Assembly (NCBI GenBank): GCA_963771075.1
Contig: CAVYSE010000021.1
Coordinates: 1-64,000, forward strand
Direction: 5' to 3'
Length of the DNA: 64,000 nt
Source: a candidate division FCPU426 bacterium
GTDB lineage: Bacteria > Oederibacteriota > Muellerivitia > Muellerivitales > Muellerivitaceae
Numbering within the stretch: the first letter of the stretch is position 1; each line of letters begins with the position of its first letter. Under the pieces are notes generated by a model that was given only the letters and a program-made list of their open reading frames with translations, made no database searches and had not been told where the DNA came from. This document shows, piece by piece, positions 28,601 through 38,088 of this stretch. The position numbers and the translations under genes are program-made.

Positions 28601-29698
28601 GCCGCCGATCACGTAATAATAAAGCTCATTGAACAGCATTTGCTTGAACCAGTCCGGGTAGGGCCCGCCCAGGACTCCCCCTTGCCAGGTATCGATCGAG
28701 GATTCCCAAGTCGCATAATTATTCAAGGCGTCGTTGGCGATGCTGAAGGAATTCAATCCCGTCCGGCCATAGGTACGCGTGTATTCCCTGTACCATTGGG
28801 CCCCGGTTCCGGGCTGGCAAAGCGGGATATCCCAGGCGATCGTTATTGGGATCTTGACCGACTGCCCCGGAGCGAGCGTTACCTTGAACGCGATTCCCCC
28901 GATGGTATTGCTTCCCACCGTGTTGCTCAAAAGGCCCGCGGTATTGAAGGCCGTTTGAAGCGTCGCCACGGTCGCGGCGGATTCATAGGTGATGGATACC
29001 CCCGCCGAGGATTGGGCGGCCAGGGTAAACTCCCCCTGGCTTTTCGAAGTGGCGCTCCCGCCCGTACGGGTTAAAACGATTCCTGTATTATTACCCGAGG
29101 TGGTCACGGAAGCGCTCGCCCCTCCGAAGGTATTGTCCCAGGTCACCATGATGGCCACATCGGTGGAAGTGCAGGTCGGGTTCGAGAGGTCCCACTCGTA
29201 GATCCCCTCCGGGTAGCTGCTGCGGTTGTCGTCGCCCGGAATCATCGGCGTGAATTGGGTGACCCGAGCCTTACAGGAAAATTTGGACCCGTAATAATCC
29301 ACCCAAGACTTGGGATAAAGGGAGTAATAATTGGCTTGGCCCGATCCAAGGGTTGTGGCGTTCAACAGATTGGTCGCCGCCGTCTGCCCGGAGGGTTTCT
29401 GGTACATGTAAAAATGGCAATTGCTATCCAGGGTATAAGGATCGTTGTTGGTCCAGGCCGCGGGAGAGGTGGCGATATTGAGCCGGCTTAAATAAAAATC
29501 GCCGGCGAAATTCCAAGTATAAGACCCGGCCCCAAAACCGCCGCTCGGAGCGCCATCCAGATAACCGCCGGCGTTGATATCCCGGCTCCATGCTTGAGAG
29601 GGTATGTTGGTGGTGGCGAGGGCGGTTGAACTTATGAAAAACAGGCAGGAATATATGAGGAAATAACGATATTGCTTAAAGATTAATTCTCTCGCCAA
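25634..29698 (-). CDS. Secreted GH116 glycoside hydrolase with Thr/Pro linker and C-terminal sorting/Ig-like domain
   Basis: GGFGAG, FNELYY, LESYIYAFYGTSDV, WKDLNSK, DQTYD and FRTPEA (GH116-type motifs); ~500-aa T/P/S tract; C-terminal PFPNP...GLYY. Confidence 0.85.
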   Translation of the reverse strand: MARELIFKQYRYFLIYSCLFFISSTALATTNIPSQAWSRDINAGGYLDGAPSGGFGAGSYTWNFAGDFYLSRLNIATSPAAWTNNDPYTLDSNCHFYMYQKPSGQTAATNLLNATTLGSGQANYYSLYPKSWVDYYGSKFSCKARVTQFTPMIPGDDNRSSYPEGIYEWDLSNPTCTSTDVAIMVTWDNTFGGASASVTTSGNNTGIVLTRTGGSATSKSQGEFTLAAQSSAGVSITYESAATVATLQTAFNTAGLLSNTVGSNTIGGIAFKVTLAPGQSVKIPITIAWDIPLCQPGTGAQWYREYTRTYGRTGLNSFSIANDALNNYATWESSIDTWQGGVLGGPYPDWFKQMLFNELYYYVIGGTIWEAGQYGNTSYDAGPDMFSSLESYIYAFYGTSDVRFYGSWALAQMWPNIDKQEVEQFSDSVVVSPSQTLPRPAAIGTCAHDFGSLNDVFTAWNDYTYRDSTTWKDLNSKLVLMVYRDWELTGSSDTAFLNYCWPSVQTAMTKVHSQCVSGGVTYNLPISTGVDQTYDNLGLTGETSYCGSLYLAACEAGKAIATAEGNAALANTYQSWLTLGQADFETNLWDSTGNYYNIDTGSGAGGVTGVARIMSDQLCGQWYAKACGLADVVPASHAVSAWQAVFNNNYSKFDTGTHGVVNVMTSAGAIDTSTSQTQEAWVGTTWGAVAGMIQEGMFTQGVSIGNSLYNCVWNLGQMWFRTPEAWTTGLANIRAPYYMRANCIWAAKHAYDVNSPCGAVACTPIPSPTPLTTPTVNCGTSPTMTFSPTPSGTPTPTRTFTQSPTPTHSSTWTATRSNTPTPTATFTFSSTLTFTPTPPFTLTPTRTATVISTLTPTLTATPIPTGTPTPTFSVTSTFTSTRTNTPQNTATFTLTASLTNSVTPTLTQTSTKTYTLTSSPTLTGTVTVSPTPSTVLTNTHTPVITPTLTLTATSTLSQTVTSTFTLTPSPVFSTTSTPTLTRTNTPGVTLTNTPFSTATSTNTYTDSPTSTFSRTQTPNSTPTSTGSATPTTTASLTNSFTWTPTVLLSSTQTPTPVNSTTATLQPTLTLTPTLTAYPVPSSTPSATYTSTPSASFTSTQTLTLTVTSTPTLTPTVINTVTWSPTPHSTITDTPVNTPYFTFSPSPTPTPSGSPTPGFTSTRTTTPTFSPTPTSTIGFTNTATATETNSNTPSFTPTPTFSATDTRTTTPTATQTPTPTWTMTRSLTPTPSPTISPTATLTPVDTPVPSLTPFPTLTPQASVWVSAPFPNPSNGGKPIIVDVYDPDQGSAEWSVFTTGFRKIRWGTVALNGYGYLSWDGLDQFGNQASSGLYYLKVTFSGGGSQKFIRKILLLR

Positions 29699-29970
29699 AT
29701 GGGTAACCTTGATGAAACTTTTTTAAACTTATTAAAAATTTACCATACTCAAACCAAATCTTGGATTGATTCGCCTTTGAAAAATATCGAAAAAGCGTTT
29801 TATACCGGTGTTTTGAACATTAAACCTTTTTTCCTTTACATTATTTTAGATAATTTATTTACAGCATTAACTGGTTTGTCATTTTTTAATAAAGTTCAAT
29901 CTTTTTCATTAGTTTAAACACACATTCAAGGCTTGATGAATAGAAGATGAAAATGTCTCACGTCCAGCAA

Positions 29971-32043
29971 TTATTGAAGGACCAAAACTTTTCGAATCAC
30001 TTTATAAAATCCGACTTGAACTTTTACGTAATAAATCCCATCTGAAACGGTTGTTCCCGAACTGTCTTTCAAATCCCATTGAATATGGGACGTTCCAATG
30101 GGAGACGTTCCACTACGAATCGTACGGAATGCCACCGAATAAACGTTCCATTGGATCGGGCCGGGTTCCGGCATATTAATGTCAAAATGGATTGGATCAC
30201 CGGAAGTCGGATTGGGATAGGGAAGAGAAACCGGCGCGGGGATGGGCGTAAAGGTGGGTGTCGGCGTGAAGGTAGGGGTGGGACTGAGCGTGATCGTCGC
30301 GGTATTCACCGGCGTCAGGGTAAAGGTATGGGTGGGCGGGACCGGCGTCAAAGTTAACGTGATCGTCGCCGTTAGGGTATAGGTGAATGATTCGACCGGG
30401 GTATTCGTGATCGTGAAGGTCAGTGTGGGAGTGAAGGTACTTGTGGGGGTATCGGAGGCGGTGAAACTATTTGTGGCGGTAGTGGTAAAGGTGTCGGTCA
30501 CCGTGTAGGTGTTTTCCGGAGTAAGGGTTATGGTGTCCGTGGGGCCGGCGGTAAAAGTATCCGTGGGGGAGTCAGTGACGGTTTGGGTCGGCGATTGGCT
30601 CGGGGTGGAGGTGGGAGTGGCCGTTCCGGTGCTCGTCGGGGTGCTGGTGATCGTAGGGGTTAAAACGGGAGTTAAGGTCGGCGTAGGCGTCAAGGTCACG
30701 GTGGGAGACGCGGTTAAAGTGGGGGTACCGGTATAGGTAAGCGTAGGGGTACTGGTTAGGGTGAGGGTAAAGGTGGGGGTCAAACTAATCGTCGGGGTAT
30801 TCGTGGGACCCGTCGGACAAGTCGGTACTTGCGTGGCCAACCATTCGGTAACAGGCACACCGTGATTGCTGGTAAGGGGAAAAGGCACGGTCCAACTGGT
30901 GATCAAGGCTGGACATTGGTTCGTATTGACCGCCCAAGCCGCTCCACCGTTTATGCCCGGTTGTGTGCTGATCCAATTGGTGACAGTGGTATCCCAAGCC
31001 CCACCGTCACTGACATCGCCCAAACAAGACGTCGATTCCCCGAATTCCGAAATCAAGACCGGGTACACCGCCGCGCAAGGATCAATGTAGGTCACTCCAT
31101 CCGTGGCCGGGTTGAAGTTTCCACTTACCCCTTTATTGGGATACACATGAGCGTCATAAACCACACCATACCCGGTCCCCGTATCCGTCAAGGGATAGCT
31201 AAGCCCGCCACCCGGTTGCTTTCCAACCACACCCCTCAAGTCGTAGGCCCAATTTAATCCTCCAGCGATGACGACGTTATTGGCGCCTTCATCTCGTATT
31301 GCCGACAATAAAGCGAGCATTCCAGGGGTGGTAGAGGGTGTTCCCCCCGTTGCCCCCCCGTTCAACCATACATCCCATTTGACTGCCGTTTCAGTGTAAG
31401 TGGGGTCGATCGGTTCGTTATACAAGTCAAACAGGACCGCTGGATTATTTTTAATCCAAGAGGTTCCCGCGACACTGCTCCAAAAGGTGACACTATTTCC
31501 ATCCGGCATATCCTGTTGCCCGGTTGAGGTTTTCCAGCCCGCGCCGGTACAAGGTGTGGTCGATGTGGTGGATGCGTAGGTTCCCGACCAATGGAGATCG
31601 AGGATGACATAAGCGTTATTTTGAGAGCAATAGTCGATGATCGATTGAACCATCCCCTGATAAGCCGCTATTTGTACCGGGATGTTGTTGTTGCTAGAAT
31701 TCGTGCAACCCATCCAAAAATCCTGGTTTAAGGGAAGTCGTATTAAGTTCGCGTGCCAGGCGGTAACGGCCTGGGCCACGCCCGCGACCATATTGGCCAT
31801 TGAAATACTATCAATGGTCGTTACTCCAACACCATAGCTATTGCCAGTCGCGTTAATCTCAAGCCCTGAATAATCCACACCCTTTAACACAACCGTGCAT
31901 CCACTTGTGGTTGTCACCAAGTGATTACCCGATACCATTAATTGGGAAGGTTGAGCCAAAATTTCTGTTACATTAAAAAAAGAAAATAGTACAACCCATG
32001 CTGTAATCAAAACTAAGCGTTTAAGGAAAAATTTTACAAACAT
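29971..32043 (-). CDS. Secreted GH5 glycoside hydrolase with Thr/Pro linker and C-terminal domain
   Basis: IRLP, LDLHW, LYNEP (acid/base), AHVY and ISEFG (nucleophile) motifs. Confidence 0.88.
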   Translation of the reverse strand: MFVKFFLKRLVLITAWVVLFSFFNVTEILAQPSQLMVSGNHLVTTTSGCTVVLKGVDYSGLEINATGNSYGVGVTTIDSISMANMVAGVAQAVTAWHANLIRLPLNQDFWMGCTNSSNNNIPVQIAAYQGMVQSIIDYCSQNNAYVILDLHWSGTYASTTSTTPCTGAGWKTSTGQQDMPDGNSVTFWSSVAGTSWIKNNPAVLFDLYNEPIDPTYTETAVKWDVWLNGGATGGTPSTTPGMLALLSAIRDEGANNVVIAGGLNWAYDLRGVVGKQPGGGLSYPLTDTGTGYGVVYDAHVYPNKGVSGNFNPATDGVTYIDPCAAVYPVLISEFGESTSCLGDVSDGGAWDTTVTNWISTQPGINGGAAWAVNTNQCPALITSWTVPFPLTSNHGVPVTEWLATQVPTCPTGPTNTPTISLTPTFTLTLTSTPTLTYTGTPTLTASPTVTLTPTPTLTPVLTPTITSTPTSTGTATPTSTPSQSPTQTVTDSPTDTFTAGPTDTITLTPENTYTVTDTFTTTATNSFTASDTPTSTFTPTLTFTITNTPVESFTYTLTATITLTLTPVPPTHTFTLTPVNTATITLSPTPTFTPTPTFTPIPAPVSLPYPNPTSGDPIHFDINMPEPGPIQWNVYSVAFRTIRSGTSPIGTSHIQWDLKDSSGTTVSDGIYYVKVQVGFYKVIRKVLVLQ

Positions 32044-32249
32044 GCGGAAATTCGCCTTTCAGTAAGCAAAATAATTCGTAAACGGCTAAACGTTAAAATG
32101 CAAGTTTTATACCCTTTTTTAACTCATAAACGAATAAGCAACAAATGATTAATAAAGGATTTTAATGGGTTTCTTGTTTGAAAGTTATCTCGGGATTGAA
32201 ACTAAAATCGCAACTGTTTGAAAAGCCGACAAATTCAAATTAATTAGAC

Positions 32250-32283
32250 AAAAAAAGCGCTCTTGTTAAAAAAGCGCTTTTTT
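32250..32283 (-). terminator. Probable intrinsic terminator
   Basis: AAAAAAGCGCT...AGCGCTTTTTT hairpin with A/T tails, just downstream of the gene ending at 32309. Confidence 0.55.
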
Positions 32284-32308
32284 AATGCCGCCTCAATTTT
32301 AAATCTGA

Positions 32309-35300
32309 TTATCGAAGAACGAGAACTTTGAAGACCTTTGATGCTGGTTGGGATCCGAAAACATCAATTCTTAAGTAATAGAGGCCGTCCGAAACCTTCG
32401 ACCCATAGTTGTCCTGCAAATTCCAATTCACTAAACCAAAAGTTGAACTCTGTGCCGTGGCGGGACCCCACGCGACCCTGCGGAAGGCTAAAGTATAAAC
32501 CGTATAAGTGGCATTGGAGCCCCTCGGATAAGTGATCCCAATTTGAACCGGTTGGCCGGTCGTCGGATTGGGATATGGGTTCTGGACCACAGGAACCATA
32601 ACCGGAGTAACGGTATATGTTTCGGTGGGCGTAAAGGACGTCGTTTGGGTTGGGGTCCATGTACCGGTGAAGACAGGCGTCGCGGTCGATGTCAATGTAA
32701 CTGTGGGTGTGTGGGTCGAGGTGAAGGTAAAGGTGTCCGTAGGAGTATTCGTGCCTGTGAAAGTAAAGGTGTAAGTATTGGACGCTGTCTGGGTGGGCGT
32801 GCCTGTAAAGGTCGAGGTGAAGGTTTGGGTAGGTGTATTCGTAATGGTGGTCGTAAACACATTAGTGAATGTTGGGCTGTTGGTGATAGTGGATGTATAG
32901 GTATTCGTGGCAGTAACCGTCGCCGTTAAAGTAGCCGTTGAAGTAGCCGAATTCGTCGAAGTGGATGTAAAGGTTGGAGTCTGGGTGTGTGTCGGTGAAG
33001 AGGTTGCTGTCGGGCTAAAGGAAGAAGTGGCCGTATTGGTAACGGTGGAGCTGAAGGTTTCTGTCTGGGTATTGGAGGAAGTCGGGGTGTTGGTAAAGGT
33101 CGTGGTGACCGTTGGGGTCAAGGTCGAGGTAAAGGTAGACGTGCTGGTTTCCGTAGACGTTGAGGTAGCGGTAGGCACACTTATGGTCAACAACGCCCCA
33201 CTCGTAGAGGTATTGTTAATGACAGCGGGCACCCCGTTGGTGGCAGTGATACTGGCAAGAGCTGCTTCAAAATTGCCCGTGGCGGCCGCGGTAAAGTCAT
33301 AGGAAGCCAAAATAGTGATGCTTGAATTAGCCTGAATGACAAGGCTCAAGGAATTCAAGGTTGAGGTCAACCCAACGAAAGCAGCCGTCCCCAAGGAAGT
33401 GGCTCCCTCAGTGAAAGCCACACCCGTCGTGCCCGTCGCCACATTCCCTGATCCCGAGTCAACCACCGCAATTTCAGTAACCGTTACGGGCCCCGCGCTG
33501 GTATTGGTCAATACCAAATTCAAATCCGGCACTGTAGTGACTGAACCGGATAGCCAGGAAGCGTTTGGAGGTTGCGTTCCATCAACAATGTTGATCGTTG
33601 CCGCGCCGGGTAAAGGAGTATTCGTAATCGTTGCAGTCGAAGTAATAGTCGGGGTCGTAGTGATGGTTGGAGTATGCGTTGAAGTAAAGGTATTCGTCGC
33701 GGTCGTTGTAAAACTATTCGTCACGGTATTGGTATGAGTTACGGTTGCGGTTGGCGTACGGGTTGGGGTTAAGGTGCTCGTGTAAGTTTCCGAATTAGTG
33801 AAGGTGCTTGTAGGCGTTAAAGTTATGGTCGATGTAAAGGGCCCTGTTGCCGTGCTGGTAGGCGTGGAAGTCTTGGTAGCGGTTATGGTAAAGGAAACGG
33901 TAGAGCTAGTGGACGGCGTTGAAGTCACTGTCGAGGTAAGGGGCCCCGTTGCCGTGCTGGTGGCAGTGGATGTCTTTGTAGCGGTCGTAGTAAAACTACC
34001 AGTTGAACTGCTTGTAGGGGTTATCGTCGCGGTAAATGGCCCTGTTGCCGTTGAGGTCGGCGTTAATGTCTTTGTCAGGGTAAGGGTCAAACTGCTGGTC
34101 GGGGTAATTGTCGCGGTGAAAGGTCCGGTAGCGGTAATAGAAGGTGTTGTCGTACTAGTCGAAGTAAAGGGACCCGTAGCCGTGCTGGTCGGTGTTGAAG
34201 TTCTAGTCGAGGTTGATGTAATTGATTGCGTCTGAGTACTTGTCGAGGTAAAGGGACCCGTTGCCGTGCTGGTCGGGGTGGAAGTTTTGGTCGAAGTAGC
34301 GGTAAAGCTGGAAGTGATGGTATTGGTTGAAGTCGTCGTCGGAGTCGAGGTGATGGTTGAAGTAAAGGGACCCGTAGCGGTGCTGGTCGCCGTTATGGTT
34401 CTGGTATAAGTAAAGGTAGAAGTGGCTGTTAAAGTGGGCGTGGGCGTGAATGTAGATGAATTTGAAATGGTCGGCGTATAAGTGGTGGTGGAGGTTCGAG
34501 TCAAGGTTTGGGTATTGCTGGGAGTGGACGTTGCCGTGGAAGTGGAGGTTAAAGTAAAGGCAATGGTAGCAGTGGAAGTAAATGAACTGGTGGCCGTATT
34601 AGTATAGGTATTGGTTTTTGTAGGTGTAACAGTTCCGGTCGTTGTGTTGGAAGCCGTAGAGGTGTGAGAGGCCGTGGGAGTGGCGGAAGATGTTGGCGTT
34701 CCCGTCGTTGTATTGGTCTTGGTAGAAGTTACTGAATAAGTAGCGGTTGAAGTTCCGGTAGCGGTATTGGAGGGACTTGGAGTTGCTGAAAATGTTCTTG
34801 TGGGTGTATAGGTGCTGGTGCCTGTCGGAGTCAAGGTTGGACAAGTGCCATAAAAAGCCAAGTTCCCAAAATACAGGGTGACCGCTTGAGCTGCGGCGCT
34901 GAGTTGGGCCGCGATATCGATTTCGCCAATACTCGTGGTGTTATAATTTGCCCCGCTGGCCGTGAAATCGCCAACCGGGAAAACCTCCCTATTCGATCCG
35001 GCCCCGATGATGAACGTAACCGGCACTGAAGAAACAGTTGCCGCCCCCTGATAATCCAACAGCTTCACGGTCATGGTCATCGATTGCGAACCGGTCAAGC
35101 CAGGATTTTGCAATGAAAAAGTCAAATAGGTGTAATTACCTAAAGTCACTAATTGAGAATCCGGGGGCCCGGGGATGGCGTTGTATCCAGCCCAGTTAAA
35201 GCCAAATCCCGCGAAATATCCGTTGGCCGTGACGGCTCCTTCATATAGATACCCCAAGGCTTCGCCCGCTTGGGCCGCCGTGGCACTTTGGACGAAAGTC

Positions 35301-37102
35301 GCCGTCGTCGTGTCATTGTTGGAAGCATAGGTTGAACCACCCGTCACCGCGCCTCCGTTATATTCATAATAGGGGCAACCAGGAAGTGGGGTCGGCGTTG
35401 TAGTGGCTGTAGGAGTTCCAGTAGCGGTAAAGGTGTATAGCGGAGTGGGGGTCCAAGTACGTGTTGTCGTGGCCGAGGGAGTCGAAGTAGCGCAAGGGCC
35501 AAAGAAACCTAAATCATCAACAAAAATCGTTTGCGTTCCCGAGGGCATTCCCGCCCCCGTCGTAAAGTCAATTTCCATGACGGAAGTATTCGTAAAAGTG
35601 GATACCGCTTTGAAATTGGAAGTTGGAATCAAAACTGATTGCCAAGAAGTGGTTATACCGCTTGGTAAAATGTACCTGTTAAGGTAACAGAAGTTGAATG
35701 ATCTTGGGCTGCTCGTTGAATCAACTAAATTAACCATGCAATTATTGATCGGAGCGCCGGTTGTAGCTGTAATCCAGAACTGTAAATAGGTGTATTGGGT
35801 CATGTCTAATAAGTTATGGTAAGGGGGGGCGACCGGATTCGCAGTAGCGTAATTGGCCCAATTCAGTCCGGTTCCTGCGTAATAGCTGTTCTAGTCCAAT
35901 TAAACGCGATTTCTAAACAATCCGTTCTTGAATGATATCGGATTTGGTTGTAATTCAGTATCGGTAGCGGAAGACGTCCATGTTTTAATGGTAGACAAAT
36001 CGGTAGTTGACGTATCCCCGTTGTAATAAATTGATTCGCAGCCCGACACGGTCGGGGTAGCGGTTGGAGTCGCGGTGACTGTGGGTGTACGAGTGGGGGT
36101 ATAGGTCTGGGTGGAAGTACCAGGCACAGGCGTATTGGTGTGGGTACTGGTGGGCCCGGTTACACAACTCGCAAATTGACTCGTGCTAAACCAAGGGTCC
36201 TGGCCGCTATTAGCATTAGGACCCCACTGACCGCTATTTGCGAAAACGGTTACCGGGGCGAGGCCTGATTCATAACTAGTTAGTTGGAAATAAGAAGTAT
36301 AACTTGAATAGGTGGGGTTCCCATTCCCGCCCCAGAAGAAAGGGAGATTATTACTTCCGCCGGCATCCGATGAACAAGCGGCAAATGGGCCCGTGGAACT
36401 GGTACTGTACCCAACCGACTTAATGGGCAAGGAAGCGTTGGCAAACATGATCGGGTTATACCCTGACTTCGCGCCATTATACGCAACTCCTATATTGCCA
36501 CCCGAGCCACTCACCGCGGTCAATATGCTCGCCGGACACACGACAAACCGCCAAGTTACGGTTGATCCTGAAAGGGTATTGGTTCCGGAATTGGATGGGA
36601 AGGAACCGCCCCCAGATAATGTGGAGTAGGCTGCGGTGGCAATATCCAAATGATATGAACCCACCCAACAATTATTGGCATTGTTCCCACCTTGTGGGCA
36701 CTCATCCACAATCACAACCGTTACGGATGCCCCATTGCTGGAATTATGTAATGCCGCGCAGGCCCCGCATGGAAATCCGCCCAAATGTCCACCATTTCCA
36801 CCCGAGGCGGCCGTATCGCCAAAACTATCACTGTCAATAGCCGCATAGGCATTTGAAGCAAAAGCGCCTGTCTCGGCGTAACCGCAAGCGGTTTCACCGG
36901 TTAAAGAGTATTCGGTCGGCTGGTTTTCCTCGTAAGTTATCGGGGCATCATTAGGGCAAAATTGGGGCGTAGCCAACAAGGTAGGAATAGCGACATAATT
37001 GGAATAGCTATAGGGTTGTGCGGCATTCAATCGGGATTGGAATAAAAATAAAAGGGCAAAAACCGAAACCCTTAAAAACGATATTTGGGTTTTATTTTTC
37101 AT
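32309..37102 (-). pseudogene. Large secreted expansin-like (DPBB) protein with two CBM-like repeats, a Thr-rich linker and the shared C-terminal domain; split by frameshifts near 35880-35950
   Basis: N-terminal ORF 35900-37102 has ACGY, CGAC, VDECP and HLDI expansin-type motifs. The gap reads CLEIAFNW / YYAGTGLNWANY in shifted frames, matching YFAGFGFNWAGY in ORF 32309-35803. Confidence 0.7.
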
Positions 37103-37450
37103 GGCCTTAAAAACCTTTCAATCCCCGAATTTCTAGTACCTATGCATGATACCAAATATTACTTTTTTTCATTAAAAATGCAATTTCCGTGCCCTAAAAA
37201 GCGCTACCAAAAACACCAATTTTAGCGGTAACTGCTTGTGTTTCATCACATATGCTATTTTGCGCCAAGTGGGTGTTTCCCGTTAAACTGTTTTTCCGGT
37301 CAAACTTACGACAAAATCACCGAACTTTTGACATCTGAATCATATTTCATTGAAAATATTGAATCTAATTTCCCACTAATGATTAGCAGTACTTAGACCG
37401 CTTTTTGAAATAATCACTGTAAATAAGCAAAATAAAAGCGATCCAAAAGG

Positions 37451-38071
37451 TTGATTCCCGTGCACCCAGTAAAATTATCCATTCTAGTTCCTTTTCTTTT
37501 TAGTCTAGGCCTCATTCTCTTGAATCAAGGTTGTGGATCTTCCCCGGCAAATGTCAAACCGGGAGGCCTTCAAATTGGCGATAAGGTCGATGATTTTTCA
37601 TTGATGGATGACAACGGTCAAATAATGAAGCTTTCGGATGTCCCGTCCGGTTGGTACCTGGTTATCGTTTTATACCGCGGATATTGGTGCAACGCCTGTC
37701 GGGATCAACTTTTTAAGTTAAAGGAAGATTTCCCGAGATTCGCTCCATTACACGCTACTCTGGTAGCGGTCAGCACCGATAGCGTGGAAGATTCTGCAAC
37801 AATCAACCAACAATGGCGGTTTCCCTTTCCACTTCTTTCCGATCCGCACTTGAGCCTAATCACCGCTTTGGGGGCTCTTCATGCCAAGGGCCATGGAATC
37901 CACGACATTGCGCATCCTGCGATTATCATCCTTGATCCACAAAAAATAATTCGTTACAAGATCATTGGCCAGAACCCGATCGATCTTCCCAATGACAATG
38001 AGCTCATTTACATACTCCAACAAATGGAATTGGACCTGAGTAAAAACCAACCAGGGGGTTCAATTAAATGA
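37451..38071 (+). CDS. AhpC/TSA (peroxiredoxin-like) family protein, probably exported
   Basis: YRGYWCNAC and FPFPLLSDP motifs; hydrophobic leader. Confidence 0.82.
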   Translation: MIPVHPVKLSILVPFLFSLGLILLNQGCGSSPANVKPGGLQIGDKVDDFSLMDDNGQIMKLSDVPSGWYLVIVLYRGYWCNACRDQLFKLKEDFPRFAPLHATLVAVSTDSVEDSATINQQWRFPFPLLSDPHLSLITALGALHAKGHGIHDIAHPAIIILDPQKIIRYKIIGQNPIDLPNDNELIYILQQMELDLSKNQPGGSIK

Positions 38072-38088
38072 ACATTCCATTCGTTTAT

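Noticed and set aside
25848..35687. Val/Gly-rich + strand ORFs and His/Pro-rich alternative-frame ORFs over the large secreted genes
   Set aside because: They are by-products of the Thr/Pro codon repeats, with no independent coding evidence.
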